A stretch of 64,000 bases of DNA from an uncultured Dokdonia sp. (GTDB taxonomy: Bacteria > Bacteroidota > Bacteroidia > Flavobacteriales > Flavobacteriaceae). Made by a program: the position numbers and the translations under genes. Below, piece after piece: positions 48,486 through 57,572 of the stretch. The first letter of the stretch is position 1. Every line of letters begins with the position of its first letter. The notes under the pieces are model-generated. The model did not search any database and was not told the origin of the DNA. It worked only from the letters and a program-made list of their open reading frames with translations. The stretch lies in NCBI GenBank assembly GCA_947503305.1, contig CANNDF010000009.1, forward strand, positions 993 through 64,992, read 5' to 3'.

Positions 48486-50948
48486 TTACCTTTTAAGTCG
48501 TTTTTGGATCTTACGTCGTAAACGTTTGATAATCCCAGATCGTTTTATATCCTCATGATATCCATTACTATAAGCTCCATAACCATAGCCGTATCCATAA
48601 CCGTATCCATAGCCATAGCCATATCTGCCTTTGGTTCTAAAGTAATTAAGTACAAAACTTACATTATTGATCTCTCCCTTACGATACTTTTCGTTGATAA
48701 GCCCTAACATGGCTTTTTTGGTATACCCCTGGCGTATCATATAAATCGTGGCATCCGCATAAGGAATAATTTCTAATGCATCTGCCACTAGTCCTACAGG
48801 AGGAGTATCCAGAATTATGTAATCATATTTCTTCTTAAGTTCGTCCATAAATACTCCCATTTGATCACTGATCAATAACTCAGAAGGATTGGGAGGAATA
48901 GGACCTGCAAGAATAATATCCAGAAAAGGCAAACTACTCGTTTGTGTAATTTCATCTAATGATGATTGCCCTATCAAATAATTGACAACCCCGCTATCAT
49001 TATGCAGGTCAAAATCACCAAATATTTTAGGTTTCCGTAAATCCAACCCTACAAGCACTGTTTTCTTTTCGCTTAAAGCGAAAACAGAAGCAATATTCAT
49101 AGAAGTAAACGTTTTTCCTTCTCCACTTACAGAAGAGGTAACCAATACTGTTTTTGCGCCCTCTACTTTGTTAGATTTATAAATAAATTGAAGGCTGGAA
49201 CGTATGCCTCTAAAAGCCTCGGCAATTGAAGACCGGGGTTTATCTTTTACAATCAAATTACTCTTATATGCACTCTTACCTACAACTCCTAAAACAGGGA
49301 TCTTAGATAAAGATTTAACCTCTTCAGGATTTCCAATTTTGGTGTCAAAAAACACTAGTAAAAAGACAAGCACCAAAGGAATCAAACCACCTACCAGAGA
49401 TGCAATCACATAATTGAGACGCATATTAGGACCCACGGGGCCATTACCAACATTTTTTGCAGGATCAATAAAGAGAATATCAGAAACATTAGAAGCCTTA
49501 ATAATTTTAGCCTCACTCTTTTTTGCCTCATAAAGATTATACGCCGCTTGACTTAATTTAAACCGTCGCTCTATTTCAGAAAGCTTTTGTTCTTCGGCAG
49601 GATATCGTCTTAGCTCCCTTTCGGCCTGAGCAATATCATTATTAATTTGTCGTATTTCACTATTGATAATCTCCTTAGAAGAACGTATGTTTTCTAACAA
49701 TACCTCTTTCTCAGCATTGATAGTACGGTCCAATTCTTTAAAGATAGGATTGGACTCCTTTGCAGAATACCCATAAGTGCTCCTTCGTACAGAGAGATCA
49801 ACAATTCTACTTACACTCTGAGAAATACTAGGTTCCTGAATACCCGCAACAGAAGGCGCAGGAACATTGGTATAATCTTCACGGGTCAACAAATAATTTT
49901 CTAATTGATTATAATACGTAAGTTTTTGATTTGCCCCCTCTTTCTGTAAATCATACGATTGTAATCGATTACTAAGTAGTTTAGATCCCCCTTTTAAAGC
50001 AACATCAATATTGTTATTTTTAAAAGTATTAAGCTCATCCAATACACTCTGTAATTCGGTATTCCTTTTTGTAAGACTCGTATCAATAAAAGCAATCGTA
50101 TTTGTAGCAAATAAGTTTTTACGCTCCAGTTGATCTCTTTCCCGTACACGTACAGAAGCATTCAGATAATCAATAAGCCTGAGCTTATTGGTCCCAGACA
50201 TAGCCAATTCTAGAATAGAAGAACCTTGAGGCTTCTGAGCAATATTTACACGATTATATGACTTTACGGTACTATTAAAATTGTTTGTACTTATAAAATA
50301 CTCTTGTCCTAAAGCTCCTGATCTTCCTCCAGGTAATAGTACCCCTTTTAAAAATGGGAGATTGATAGAATCCCCTACCTTAAACGTTTGCTTAAATTCC
50401 TCAGTAGGTCCTGGCACTACCGAATATCGTAACGTATTATAGTTAAACAAAGAGACATTCCCTCCTGAAAAAGGAATTTTGAATTCAAAATTTTTATCCC
50501 CAAGATCTGTGATTGTGATACGCCTCTGATGTAGCTGAGGATAACGATCATCTAATTTTAATGCAAAAGGAGTATACCCATATACATCTTCTAGATGGTA
50601 TTTACCTTGCTTTAAATAGCTTATATAATACTGAAGCTCTTTAACAACTTTCTCTGTATGAGTTCTGGATTTAAACAAGACAATATTAGTCTGAACCTTA
50701 TCTGTAGTCCCTCCCCAATTAAAAATCAAACTTGTATTTCCAGTAAATAATGGGTTTTGATCATCCTTAATAGAGATCATATTACTCATTAAGTAGATAG
50801 GTTGTTTTTTTAGGTTTTTATAATAAGCAATAGAATATGCAATCCCTAAACTTATTATAAACAAAGGCCAGAAACTTAAGAGTTTTATAATAAACCCTTT
50901 GAAATCAAAAAAATTACCCGATTCTTTTATTTCAAACTCTTCTTCCAT
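48486..50948 (-). CDS. wzc: Polysaccharide co-polymerase / tyrosine autokinase (Wzc-like, PCP-2a with BY-kinase domain)
   Basis: 820 aa. It has an N-terminal TM helix, a long coiled periplasmic region and a second TM helix. The kinase domain has Walker A SSVSGEGKTF, Walker A' VLVGLDLRKP and Walker B YIILDTPPVG, followed by a C-terminal Tyr cluster. Confidence 0.9.
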   Translation of the reverse strand: MEEEFEIKESGNFFDFKGFIIKLLSFWPLFIISLGIAYSIAYYKNLKKQPIYLMSNMISIKDDQNPLFTGNTSLIFNWGGTTDKVQTNIVLFKSRTHTEKVVKELQYYISYLKQGKYHLEDVYGYTPFALKLDDRYPQLHQRRITITDLGDKNFEFKIPFSGGNVSLFNYNTLRYSVVPGPTEEFKQTFKVGDSINLPFLKGVLLPGGRSGALGQEYFISTNNFNSTVKSYNRVNIAQKPQGSSILELAMSGTNKLRLIDYLNASVRVRERDQLERKNLFATNTIAFIDTSLTKRNTELQSVLDELNTFKNNNIDVALKGGSKLLSNRLQSYDLQKEGANQKLTYYNQLENYLLTREDYTNVPAPSVAGIQEPSISQSVSRIVDLSVRRSTYGYSAKESNPIFKELDRTINAEKEVLLENIRSSKEIINSEIRQINNDIAQAERELRRYPAEEQKLSEIERRFKLSQAAYNLYEAKKSEAKIIKASNVSDILFIDPAKNVGNGPVGPNMRLNYVIASLVGGLIPLVLVFLLVFFDTKIGNPEEVKSLSKIPVLGVVGKSAYKSNLIVKDKPRSSIAEAFRGIRSSLQFIYKSNKVEGAKTVLVTSSVSGEGKTFTSMNIASVFALSEKKTVLVGLDLRKPKIFGDFDLHNDSGVVNYLIGQSSLDEITQTSSLPFLDIILAGPIPPNPSELLISDQMGVFMDELKKKYDYIILDTPPVGLVADALEIIPYADATIYMIRQGYTKKAMLGLINEKYRKGEINNVSFVLNYFRTKGRYGYGYGYGYGYGYGYGAYSNGYHEDIKRSGIIKRLRRKIQKRLKR
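48576..48623 (-). repeat. Imperfect hexanucleotide repeat encoding (Tyr-Gly)x8
   Basis: The coding strand reads TATGGC TATGGC TATGGA TACGGT TATGGA TACGGC TATGGT TATGGA, by my own reverse complement. Confidence 0.9.
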
Positions 50949-51736
50949 TATAGTCGTATGAATAATAAAATAACACTCGTAAGAGCTGTAACTGTAGTAA
51001 GAATAGTTCTAAAAGTATCTAACCCAGTAGTACCTGCGCCCACACTTTTTTGAGGAAGTGGATTTACTAAAATTAAATCATTAGGCTTTACATAATAATA
51101 AGGAGATTGCATGGCATCGAGTCTTGTCAAATCCACATGGTGTACTTTTTGCCCTCCAGGATATTGCCTTACAATAACAATATCGGTAAGATCACCCGTC
51201 ACCGGAACTCCACCAGAATTTGCAATAGCATCCATAAGCGAGAGTTTCTCCGTAAGCTCTGTTCTCACACCCGAACTCCCTATCTCACCTGCAATAGTAT
51301 ACCGAATACCAGCCAGCTTAACAGTTACAAAAATATTTGCCTCCTCATTAAAATAATCTTTAAGCAAACGATCTTCAATAATTTTTCGTACTTCTTCAGT
51401 CGTACGCCCTAGTACATTAACCTCTCCTAACGTAGGCATTCTAATGTTTCCATGGCTATCAATGGCAAAACCATCATAATAATACCCTTCATCCAGAGAT
51501 GTACTAGTAGCACCTATGGGATTAAAAATCTCGACAAGGTTTTGATCCAGTGCCTTAACACGTATACTTAGCACATCACTCACCTGGAGCCGATAAGGTT
51601 GTTGTTGTAATTGTAAGCTTATTAGACTATCGTTTGCAGCCTCAGTTTCCTGAAGATACGTAAGTCGTTCTGTAGGTATACAAGAAGCCATGCTCACAAA
51701 AATAACGAGCAATAGAAGCAAAACAGGATATCTCAT
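50948..51736 (-). CDS. wza: Polysaccharide export outer-membrane protein (Wza-like: Poly_export plus SLBB domains)
   Basis: 262 aa with a lipoprotein-like signal MRYPVLLLLLVIFVSMASC. The PYRLQVSDVLSIRV and NGNIRMPTLGEVNVLGRT blocks are typical of Wza/KpsD-type exporters. Confidence 0.9.
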   Translation of the reverse strand: MRYPVLLLLLVIFVSMASCIPTERLTYLQETEAANDSLISLQLQQQPYRLQVSDVLSIRVKALDQNLVEIFNPIGATSTSLDEGYYYDGFAIDSHGNIRMPTLGEVNVLGRTTEEVRKIIEDRLLKDYFNEEANIFVTVKLAGIRYTIAGEIGSSGVRTELTEKLSLMDAIANSGGVPVTGDLTDIVIVRQYPGGQKVHHVDLTRLDAMQSPYYYVKPNDLILVNPLPQKSVGAGTTGLDTFRTILTTVTALTSVILLFIRL

Positions 51737-51755
51737 TAGAATAGGTTAAGTAACA

Positions 51756-51763
51756 CAAATATA
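51756..51763 (-). promoter_or_regulatory. Candidate -7 box (TATATTTG) for the glycan operon
   Basis: Perfect TAnnTTTG on the minus strand, about 20 nt upstream of the wza ATG (51736). No good -33 TTTG was found. Confidence 0.35.
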
Positions 51764-51899
51764 GGAGTTCGTCGTTAATAATGAAACTTTCATAGATGTA
51801 TACGCATAATTACCTTTAAAATTGTCTTAATAAAAAAAAGGAATTCAAGCACTTGCAACAGTACTATGATTATAGGTACTTTCGCAAAAAAGAATCACA

Positions 51900-53813
51900 T
51901 TGAATTATCTTTCGGTTGAACAAATTGCTAAATCTTACGGAGAACTCGTTCTATTTGAGAACATTGCCTTTGGTATTAACCAATATCAAAAAATAGGTTT
52001 TGTTGCAAAAAACGGTACAGGAAAAACATCCTTACTACATATTATTGCAGGAATTGAGCCGCCAGATAGCGGCCAAGTTATTTCTCGCAAAGGAATCATA
52101 AAAGCATTTTTACCTCAAGAACCTGACCTTAATCCCGAACTCACTATAGAAGAAACCATCTTTGCAAGTGATAATACAACACTTAAAATTATAGGTACCT
52201 ATGAGAAAGCGCTTCTTCATATGGAAGATCAGGAAGCCTATCAAAAAGCATTTGATGCCATGGAAGCGGCACAAGCTTGGGATTTTGAAACACAATACAA
52301 ACAGATACTTTTTAAACTCAAACTAGATGATCTTGATCGTAAAGTAGGATTGCTTAGTGGTGGACAAAAAAAACGCCTTGCACTAGCCGTATTACTACTT
52401 ACAAAACCAGATCTTGTTATTCTAGACGAACCTACAAACCACTTAGATCTAGAAATGATCGAGTGGTTGGAAGAATACTTCAAAAAAGAAAGCCTCACCA
52501 TATTTATGGTCACCCACGATCGTTATTTCTTAGAAAATGTATGTAATGAGATTGTAGAGTTAGAAGACGGGCAACTCTATAATTACAAAGGTAATTATGC
52601 GTACTATTTAGAAAACAAAGAAGCACGTATTGCAAATCAAGCTACCGAAACCGCAAAGGCAAAACAACTTTATAAAAAAGAATTGGAATGGATGCGTCGT
52701 CAGCCCAAAGCAAGAACTACCAAGTCCAAATCCCGTATCGATGATTTTTCAGAAATAAAAGAAAGAGCACATAAACGACGTAATGATCACCAGATCCAAT
52801 TAGAAATTAATATGGAACGTCTGGGAGGAAAAATTTTAGAGTTCCATAACGTAGGGAAGTCTTTTGGAGATTTGCAATTACTACATAAGTTTGAATATGT
52901 ATTCAAAACAGGAGAACGCATAGGTATCATAGGAAAAAACGGAACTGGAAAAACAACCTTTCTTAATATTATGACTGGAGCTTTACCTCCCGATTCTGGA
53001 AAAGTTATCGTAGGAGACACCGTAAAGTTTGGGTACTATACACAAAAAGGAATTACTATTAAAGAAGGCCAGAAAGTAATAGATGTCATCAAAGAATTTG
53101 GAGATTATATCCCACTCAAAAAAGGGCGTGTTATATCTGCCGGGCAATTATTGGAACGTTTCTTATTTGATCGAAAAAAGCAATATGACTATGTAGAAAA
53201 ATTAAGCGGAGGAGAACGTAAACGCTTATATTTATGTACCGTATTTATTCAAAACCCTAATTTCTTAATCTTAGATGAACCTACAAACGATCTAGATGTA
53301 GTAACTCTTAATGTGTTAGAAAATTTCTTATTAGATTTTCCAGGATGCTTAGTCGTGGTTTCTCACGACCGATATTTTATGGATAAGATTGTAGACCACT
53401 TATTTGTCTTTAAAGGAAATGCTATTGTAGAAGATTTTCCAGGAAATTATAGTGATTTTAGAGCCTACGAAGGAGACTTGAGTAACGCTTTCGCGAAAGT
53501 GGATAAAGACCTACACTCTTCTAAAAAAGATAACACTCAAAACATTGCTGCTCCAGACATAAAGAAAAGCTGGAAAGAACAACAACATACAGGCAGGCTA
53601 AGTTATAATGAACAAAAAGAGCATAGCAAGTTAGAACGTGAAATTGCTCAGTTAGAACGTGACAAAGCCCAAAAAGAAGCCCTGTTTCTTAATCCCGATA
53701 TAACCCAAGAGCAAATTACCGATGCCTCACAAGCACTACAAAAGATTATTAAGGATATCGAAACAAAAGAAGAACGATGGTTTGAACTATCGGCAAAACT
53801 AGAAGGAGAATAG
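51900..53813 (+). CDS. ABC-F family ATPase (two NBDs, no TM domain)
   Basis: 637 aa with two Walker A motifs (GFVAKNGTGKTS, GIIGKNGTGKTT), two LSGG signatures and a charged coiled C-terminal tail. TTG start. Confidence 0.9.
   Translation: MNYLSVEQIAKSYGELVLFENIAFGINQYQKIGFVAKNGTGKTSLLHIIAGIEPPDSGQVISRKGIIKAFLPQEPDLNPELTIEETIFASDNTTLKIIGTYEKALLHMEDQEAYQKAFDAMEAAQAWDFETQYKQILFKLKLDDLDRKVGLLSGGQKKRLALAVLLLTKPDLVILDEPTNHLDLEMIEWLEEYFKKESLTIFMVTHDRYFLENVCNEIVELEDGQLYNYKGNYAYYLENKEARIANQATETAKAKQLYKKELEWMRRQPKARTTKSKSRIDDFSEIKERAHKRRNDHQIQLEINMERLGGKILEFHNVGKSFGDLQLLHKFEYVFKTGERIGIIGKNGTGKTTFLNIMTGALPPDSGKVIVGDTVKFGYYTQKGITIKEGQKVIDVIKEFGDYIPLKKGRVISAGQLLERFLFDRKKQYDYVEKLSGGERKRLYLCTVFIQNPNFLILDEPTNDLDVVTLNVLENFLLDFPGCLVVVSHDRYFMDKIVDHLFVFKGNAIVEDFPGNYSDFRAYEGDLSNAFAKVDKDLHSSKKDNTQNIAAPDIKKSWKEQQHTGRLSYNEQKEHSKLEREIAQLERDKAQKEALFLNPDITQEQITDASQALQKIIKDIETKEERWFELSAKLEGE
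53487..53500. repeat. Iterated palindrome, 13/14 copy, inside the ABC-F CDS
   Basis: GCTTTCGCGAAAGT, read as A-F-A-K-V (SNAFAKVDK). Confidence 0.85.
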
Positions 53814-53823
53814 AAATTATAAG

Positions 53824-54600
53824 ATGTCTACATTACATCAAATAAAAACATATATAAAATGGTTGCCTAAGACATTCTATCTTCATGGCATACATTCGCC
53901 TTTTGTTTTTCAACTTAAAAAAAATTGCCTCAAAGATACCCAACCCTCTACTGCCTACACAACCTTATCTTCCTATCGCAAGGAACTGTACTCTAATAGC
54001 AAAGAGATCACTATAACCGATTTTGGAGCAGGCTCCCGCATTTTTAAATCCAATACTCGTAAAATACAAGATATAGCGCGTCATGCAGGTGCGACCCTCA
54101 AGAGAATGCAACTCTTACATAGGGTAATTCGTTATTTTCAACCAGAAAATGTATTGGAGTTAGGCACATCACTTGGTCTTTCTACCATTGCTATGGCTAT
54201 CCATAAAAATACAAAAGTCACAACCTTAGAAGGATGCCCAGAAACTGCAAAAGTAGCCCAAGAACAACTCCATAAATTTGAAGTTACAAATATCCAATGT
54301 ATTGTAAGTCCATTTGAAAAAAGCCTTGATAATGTCCATACAAACATGTACGATTTTATCTATTTTGACGGGAATCATTCTAAAAAAGCGACGCTTACAT
54401 ACGCAAAAAAATTACTCCCTACGGCCACAAATAATAGTTGTTGGATTTTTGATGATATACATTGGTCACCAGAAATGACAGAAGCCTGGTCAGAAATTAA
54501 AAAAATACCCGCAGTATCCGTAACTATAGATTGCTTCTGGTTTGGAATTGTGTTTTTTAGAAAAGAACAATCTAAAGAGCACTTTTATATTCGAACTTAA
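53824..54600 (+). CDS. Class I SAM-dependent (O-)methyltransferase
   Basis: 258 aa with VLELGTSLGLSTIAMA (motif I) and IYFDGNHSK. Confidence 0.7.
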   Translation: MSTLHQIKTYIKWLPKTFYLHGIHSPFVFQLKKNCLKDTQPSTAYTTLSSYRKELYSNSKEITITDFGAGSRIFKSNTRKIQDIARHAGATLKRMQLLHRVIRYFQPENVLELGTSLGLSTIAMAIHKNTKVTTLEGCPETAKVAQEQLHKFEVTNIQCIVSPFEKSLDNVHTNMYDFIYFDGNHSKKATLTYAKKLLPTATNNSCWIFDDIHWSPEMTEAWSEIKKIPAVSVTIDCFWFGIVFFRKEQSKEHFYIRT

Positions 54601-54601
54601 G

Positions 54602-55324
54602 TTATTTTCTAGAAAAAGTATTGTACTTTAAAATACACCACAAGGCTCTAAATCCATCTTTCCAATTAATCTTTTTACCTTCCTCATAGGTCCGTCCATA
54701 ATAAGAGATTCCTACCTCATAAATACGTACTTTAGGGATACGAGAAATTTTTGCAGTCACCTCCGGTTCAAAACCAAAACGCTTTTCTTTTAGTCGTAGC
54801 CCTTTAATCATCGAGGTATTAAAAAGCTTATAACACGTTTCCATATCTGTCAAATTAAGATTGGTAAACATATTACTCATAAATGTCAAAAACTTATTCC
54901 CTATCGTATGCCAGAAAAATAAAATACGATGAGGATTACCCCCGGCAAAACGAGATCCATATACTACATCGGCATTTCCAGAAAGTACAGGCTCTAGTAA
55001 TAGATTGTATTCATTAGGGTCATACTCAAGATCTGCATCTTGAATGATCAGATAAGCTCCCGTAGCCTCTTGTATACCTCTATGCAAAGCGGCCCCTTTA
55101 CCCATATTTTTAGGTTGATTAAAAAACTGAACATTTAACTCTGGGTAATCTTTTATAAACTGTTCTACCAAAGAAGCTGTTGCATCTGTAGAGCAATCAT
55201 TTACGATAATAAGTTCTTTTTCAATCTTATCAGGAAGTTGAATATCTTTTAAAACAGTAAGAATTTTAACAATCGTAGCCTGCTCATTATAAGCAGGCAT
55301 CACAATAGATAATGTAAATGACAT
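54602..55324 (-). CDS. GT2 glycosyltransferase, polyprenyl-phosphate sugar synthase-like
   Basis: 240 aa with [30 protein letters not shown]. The short soluble GT2 architecture resembles DPM1/ArnC-type enzymes. Confidence 0.8.
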   Translation of the reverse strand: MSFTLSIVMPAYNEQATIVKILTVLKDIQLPDKIEKELIIVNDCSTDATASLVEQFIKDYPELNVQFFNQPKNMGKGAALHRGIQEATGAYLIIQDADLEYDPNEYNLLLEPVLSGNADVVYGSRFAGGNPHRILFFWHTIGNKFLTFMSNMFTNLNLTDMETCYKLFNTSMIKGLRLKEKRFGFEPEVTAKISRIPKVRIYEVGISYYGRTYEEGKKINWKDGFRALWCILKYNTFSRK

Positions 55325-55465
55325 AGAGCACTATTAGGATGCAAATATATTTTTTTTCGCTTTAAGCGAAATTATTATTGTCAAAATTGTAACAATCCTT
55401 CCATTTAGTCTTCTAATAGCAAACCAATTTCTGTTATCTTCGGGGTAACAAAATAATAACCATGT

Positions 55466-56152
55466 ATGGGTAATTTGATTAAAATCCGAGATATTCGTAG
55501 AGATTTCCCACTAGGAAGTGAGATCGTTCGAGTACTAAAAGGTATTGATTTAGATATAGATAAGGGAGAATATGTAGCATTCATGGGACCATCGGGTTCT
55601 GGAAAATCTACATTGATGAATCTCTTAGGATGTCTGGATACCCCAACCTCAGGTTCCTATATCTTAAATGGTAGAGATGTAAGTCAAATGTCTGATGATG
55701 AACTTGCAGATGTACGTAATACCGAGATAGGGTTTGTATTTCAAACATTTAATTTATTACCAAGAACCACCGCATTAGATAATGTCGCCTTACCAATGGT
55801 CTATGCAGGTTCATCAAAAACAGCACGTAGAGAACGAGCTGAAGAAGTACTTACGGATGTAGGTCTTGCTGATCGTATGGATCATAAGCCCAATCAACTT
55901 TCGGGAGGTCAACGGCAGCGTGTCGCAGTAGGTAGAGCACTGGTAAACAAACCTTCTATTATTCTTGCCGATGAGCCTACAGGAAATTTAGATTCTAAAA
56001 CCTCTGTAGAAATTATGGCTCTTTTTGATGAGATACATGCCGCTGGAAATACAGTTATCCTAGTAACACATGAAGAAGATATTGCAGAACATGCACATAG
56101 AATCATACGACTAAGAGATGGCATTATAGAAAGTGATGTCAGAAATAAATAA
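55466..56152 (+). CDS. ABC transporter ATP-binding protein (MacB/LolD/FtsE-like family)
   Basis: 228 aa with [25 protein letters not shown] and [11 protein letters not shown]. Confidence 0.9.
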   Translation: MGNLIKIRDIRRDFPLGSEIVRVLKGIDLDIDKGEYVAFMGPSGSGKSTLMNLLGCLDTPTSGSYILNGRDVSQMSDDELADVRNTEIGFVFQTFNLLPRTTALDNVALPMVYAGSSKTARRERAEEVLTDVGLADRMDHKPNQLSGGQRQRVAVGRALVNKPSIILADEPTGNLDSKTSVEIMALFDEIHAAGNTVILVTHEEDIAEHAHRIIRLRDGIIESDVRNK

Positions 56153-56178
56153 TAAAATTAGACCCTAATATAATTTTT

Positions 56179-56209
56179 AAACCATCTATATATCAATAGA
56201 TGGTTTTTT
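56179..56209 (+). terminator. Rho-independent terminator
   Basis: Stem AAACCATCTA / TAGATGGTTT with an 8-nt loop, then a T-run. Confidence 0.65.
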
Positions 56210-56271
56210 ATAACATCATTTTTGTGATTTGATATTTAGGGCAGTATCTTCATAGCATAGAAAATGATACT

Positions 56272-56451
56272 ATGGATTTTTTTAATTCACTTTCGGATAC
56301 TACACAATCAATTCTTATTTTTATTGTAATCGTGATTCTTTTTTTTCTTGTTTTTGCAAATAACAAAAAAAATAAAAACAAACTCTATAACCGTAAACGA
56401 AGAAATTTTAGAGAGAACTACAATGAAAAACGAAACAATAAACAAGACTAA
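56272..56451 (+). CDS. Possible small membrane protein (59 aa)
   Basis: My own translation gives MDFFNSLSDTTQSILIFIVIVILFFLVFANNKKNKNKLYNRKRRNFRENYNEKRNNKQD: one TM helix plus a basic tail. It is below the track size cut-off, and low-complexity AT-rich DNA makes it uncertain. Confidence 0.3.
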   Translation: MDFFNSLSDTTQSILIFIVIVILFFLVFANNKKNKNKLYNRKRRNFRENYNEKRNNKQD

Positions 56452-56500
56452 CTCTCTATTTTTTGCCTCTTTATAAGATATACTAAGAGCACTAATAACT

Positions 56501-57076
56501 ATGAAAATATATACCAAAACAGGAGACAAGGGAACAACAGCACTTTTTGGAGGTACTAGAGTCCCAAAACACCATATCCGTATCGATAGTTATGGAACTG
56601 TAGATGAGTTAAACTCATACATAGGACTTATACGAGATCAAGAAATCGATCCAAGAAGTAAAGAAATATTGATTCATATCCAAGATAAACTATTTACCGT
56701 AGGAGCTGTTTTGGCAACCGATCCAGAAAAAAAGACCCTCAAAAGTGGGAAAGATCGATTAAACATTCCAAGAATAGACGAAGAAGACATCGCTCTATTA
56801 GAAAAAGAAATGGACATGATGAACGATTCACTTCCTCCAATGACACATTTTGTACTTCCAGGAGGACATACTACTGTGTCATATTGTCACATTGCACGTT
56901 GTGTATGTCGGAGAGCAGAGCGCTTATCTACAGCGCTTTATGAACAAGAGCCTTTTGACGAACATACTTTAAAATACCTAAACCGCCTTTCTGACTACCT
57001 TTTTGTGCTGGCACGGAAATTGTCACACGATTTACAGGCAGATGAGATCAAATGGATCCCAAAAAAAATAGAATAA
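56501..57076 (+). CDS. ATP:cob(I)alamin adenosyltransferase, PduO type
   Basis: 191 aa. MKIYTKTGDKGTTALFGG and the RAER motif are typical of the PduO/MMAB family. Confidence 0.9.
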   Translation: MKIYTKTGDKGTTALFGGTRVPKHHIRIDSYGTVDELNSYIGLIRDQEIDPRSKEILIHIQDKLFTVGAVLATDPEKKTLKSGKDRLNIPRIDEEDIALLEKEMDMMNDSLPPMTHFVLPGGHTTVSYCHIARCVCRRAERLSTALYEQEPFDEHTLKYLNRLSDYLFVLARKLSHDLQADEIKWIPKKIE

Positions 57077-57196
57077 AAAGAATAAACTGCTGATTATTTT
57101 TTTGTAGAAAAAAGGATAAACATAAAATCCGTTGCAATACCTTAATACTACTGAAATACACGTTCTTAAATTTATTTTGAAATAATTGATAATTCA

Positions 57197-57227
57197 TTTG
57201 GTTTTTTGCTCAGAAAAATTATTTTTG
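57197..57227 (+). promoter_or_regulatory. Candidate Bacteroidota promoter (-33 TTTG, 19-nt spacer, -7 TATTTTTG)
   Basis: TTTG at 57197-57200 and TATTTTTG at 57220-57227. The ATG at 57253 lies 25 nt downstream. Confidence 0.45.
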
Positions 57228-57252
57228 CACAAAATTAAAAACACACACTGCT

Positions 57253-57474
57253 ATGTACTGGACTTTAGAACTAGCTTCTTATTTAAGTGATGCACCTTGG
57301 CCAGCGACCAAAGATGAATTGATTGATTATGCGATTAGAACGGGAGCGCCTCTAGAAGTAGTTGAAAATCTTCAAGCAATTGAAGATGAAGGAGATTCTT
57401 ACGATTCTATCGAAGAGATTTGGCCAGATTATCCTTCAGATGAGGATTATCTCTGGAACGAAGATGAATATTAA
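57253..57474 (+). CDS. DUF2795-like small acidic protein
   Basis: 73 aa. YLSDAPWPATKDELIDYAIRTGAPLEVVENLQ matches my recollection of the DUF2795 family. Confidence 0.75.
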   Translation: MYWTLELASYLSDAPWPATKDELIDYAIRTGAPLEVVENLQAIEDEGDSYDSIEEIWPDYPSDEDYLWNEDEY

Positions 57475-57498
57475 TAAAACATTACGTTAAAACACTAT

Positions 57499-57527
57499 AA
57501 AAAGTCTCGCTCAGAGGCTTTTTTTTT
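57499..57527 (+). terminator. Rho-independent terminator
   Basis: Stem AAAAAGTCTC / GAGGCTTTTT (one G-U pair) with loop GCTCA, then a T-run. Confidence 0.55.
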
Positions 57528-57530
57528 GAG

Positions 57531-57538
57531 TAAATTTG
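57531..57538 (+). promoter_or_regulatory. Candidate -7 box (TAAATTTG) for secA
   Basis: Perfect TAnnTTTG, 35 nt upstream of the ATG at 57573. Confidence 0.3.
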
Positions 57539-57572
57539 ACGTTTATAACAATTGACACCAATTACCATAATT

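Noticed and set aside
48576-48623. Hexamer repeat considered as a CRISPR array, microsatellite or contingency locus
   Set aside because: It is in frame and encodes the Wzc Tyr cluster. There are no spacers, and the synonymous codon mixing argues against a simple slippage tract. It is retained only as a protein-level observation.
13033-51736. Glycan locus as a mobile genomic island or a defence island
   Set aside because: The window has no integrase, transposase, tRNA, flanking direct repeats, nuclease, helicase or toxin-like genes. Every ORF is explicable as glycan synthesis, modification or export.
52110-53020. Minus-strand ORFs inside the ABC-F gene
   Set aside because: These are shadow frames of a well-supported two-NBD ABC-F protein.
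55351-55372. TTCGCTTTAAGCGAA inverted repeat in the GT2 / ABC-ATPase divergent spacer
   Set aside because: It is a short imperfect palindrome unrelated in sequence to the iterated motif. It could be an operator, but I have no supporting evidence.
56452-56500. Possible cobalamin riboswitch upstream of the adenosyltransferase gene
   Set aside because: The spacer is only about 50 nt (or about 350 nt of AT-rich low-complexity sequence if the small ORF is ignored). I see no B12-box-like conserved element.
56308-56529. 73-aa minus-strand ORF
   Set aside because: It would initiate inside the PduO-type adenosyltransferase gene and is made of AT-rich low-complexity codons. The plus-strand 59-codon ORF is the better, though still weak, alternative.
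57552-57572. TTG start at 57552 for secA
   Set aside because: The ATG at 57573 gives [11 protein letters not shown], a canonical SecA N-terminus.
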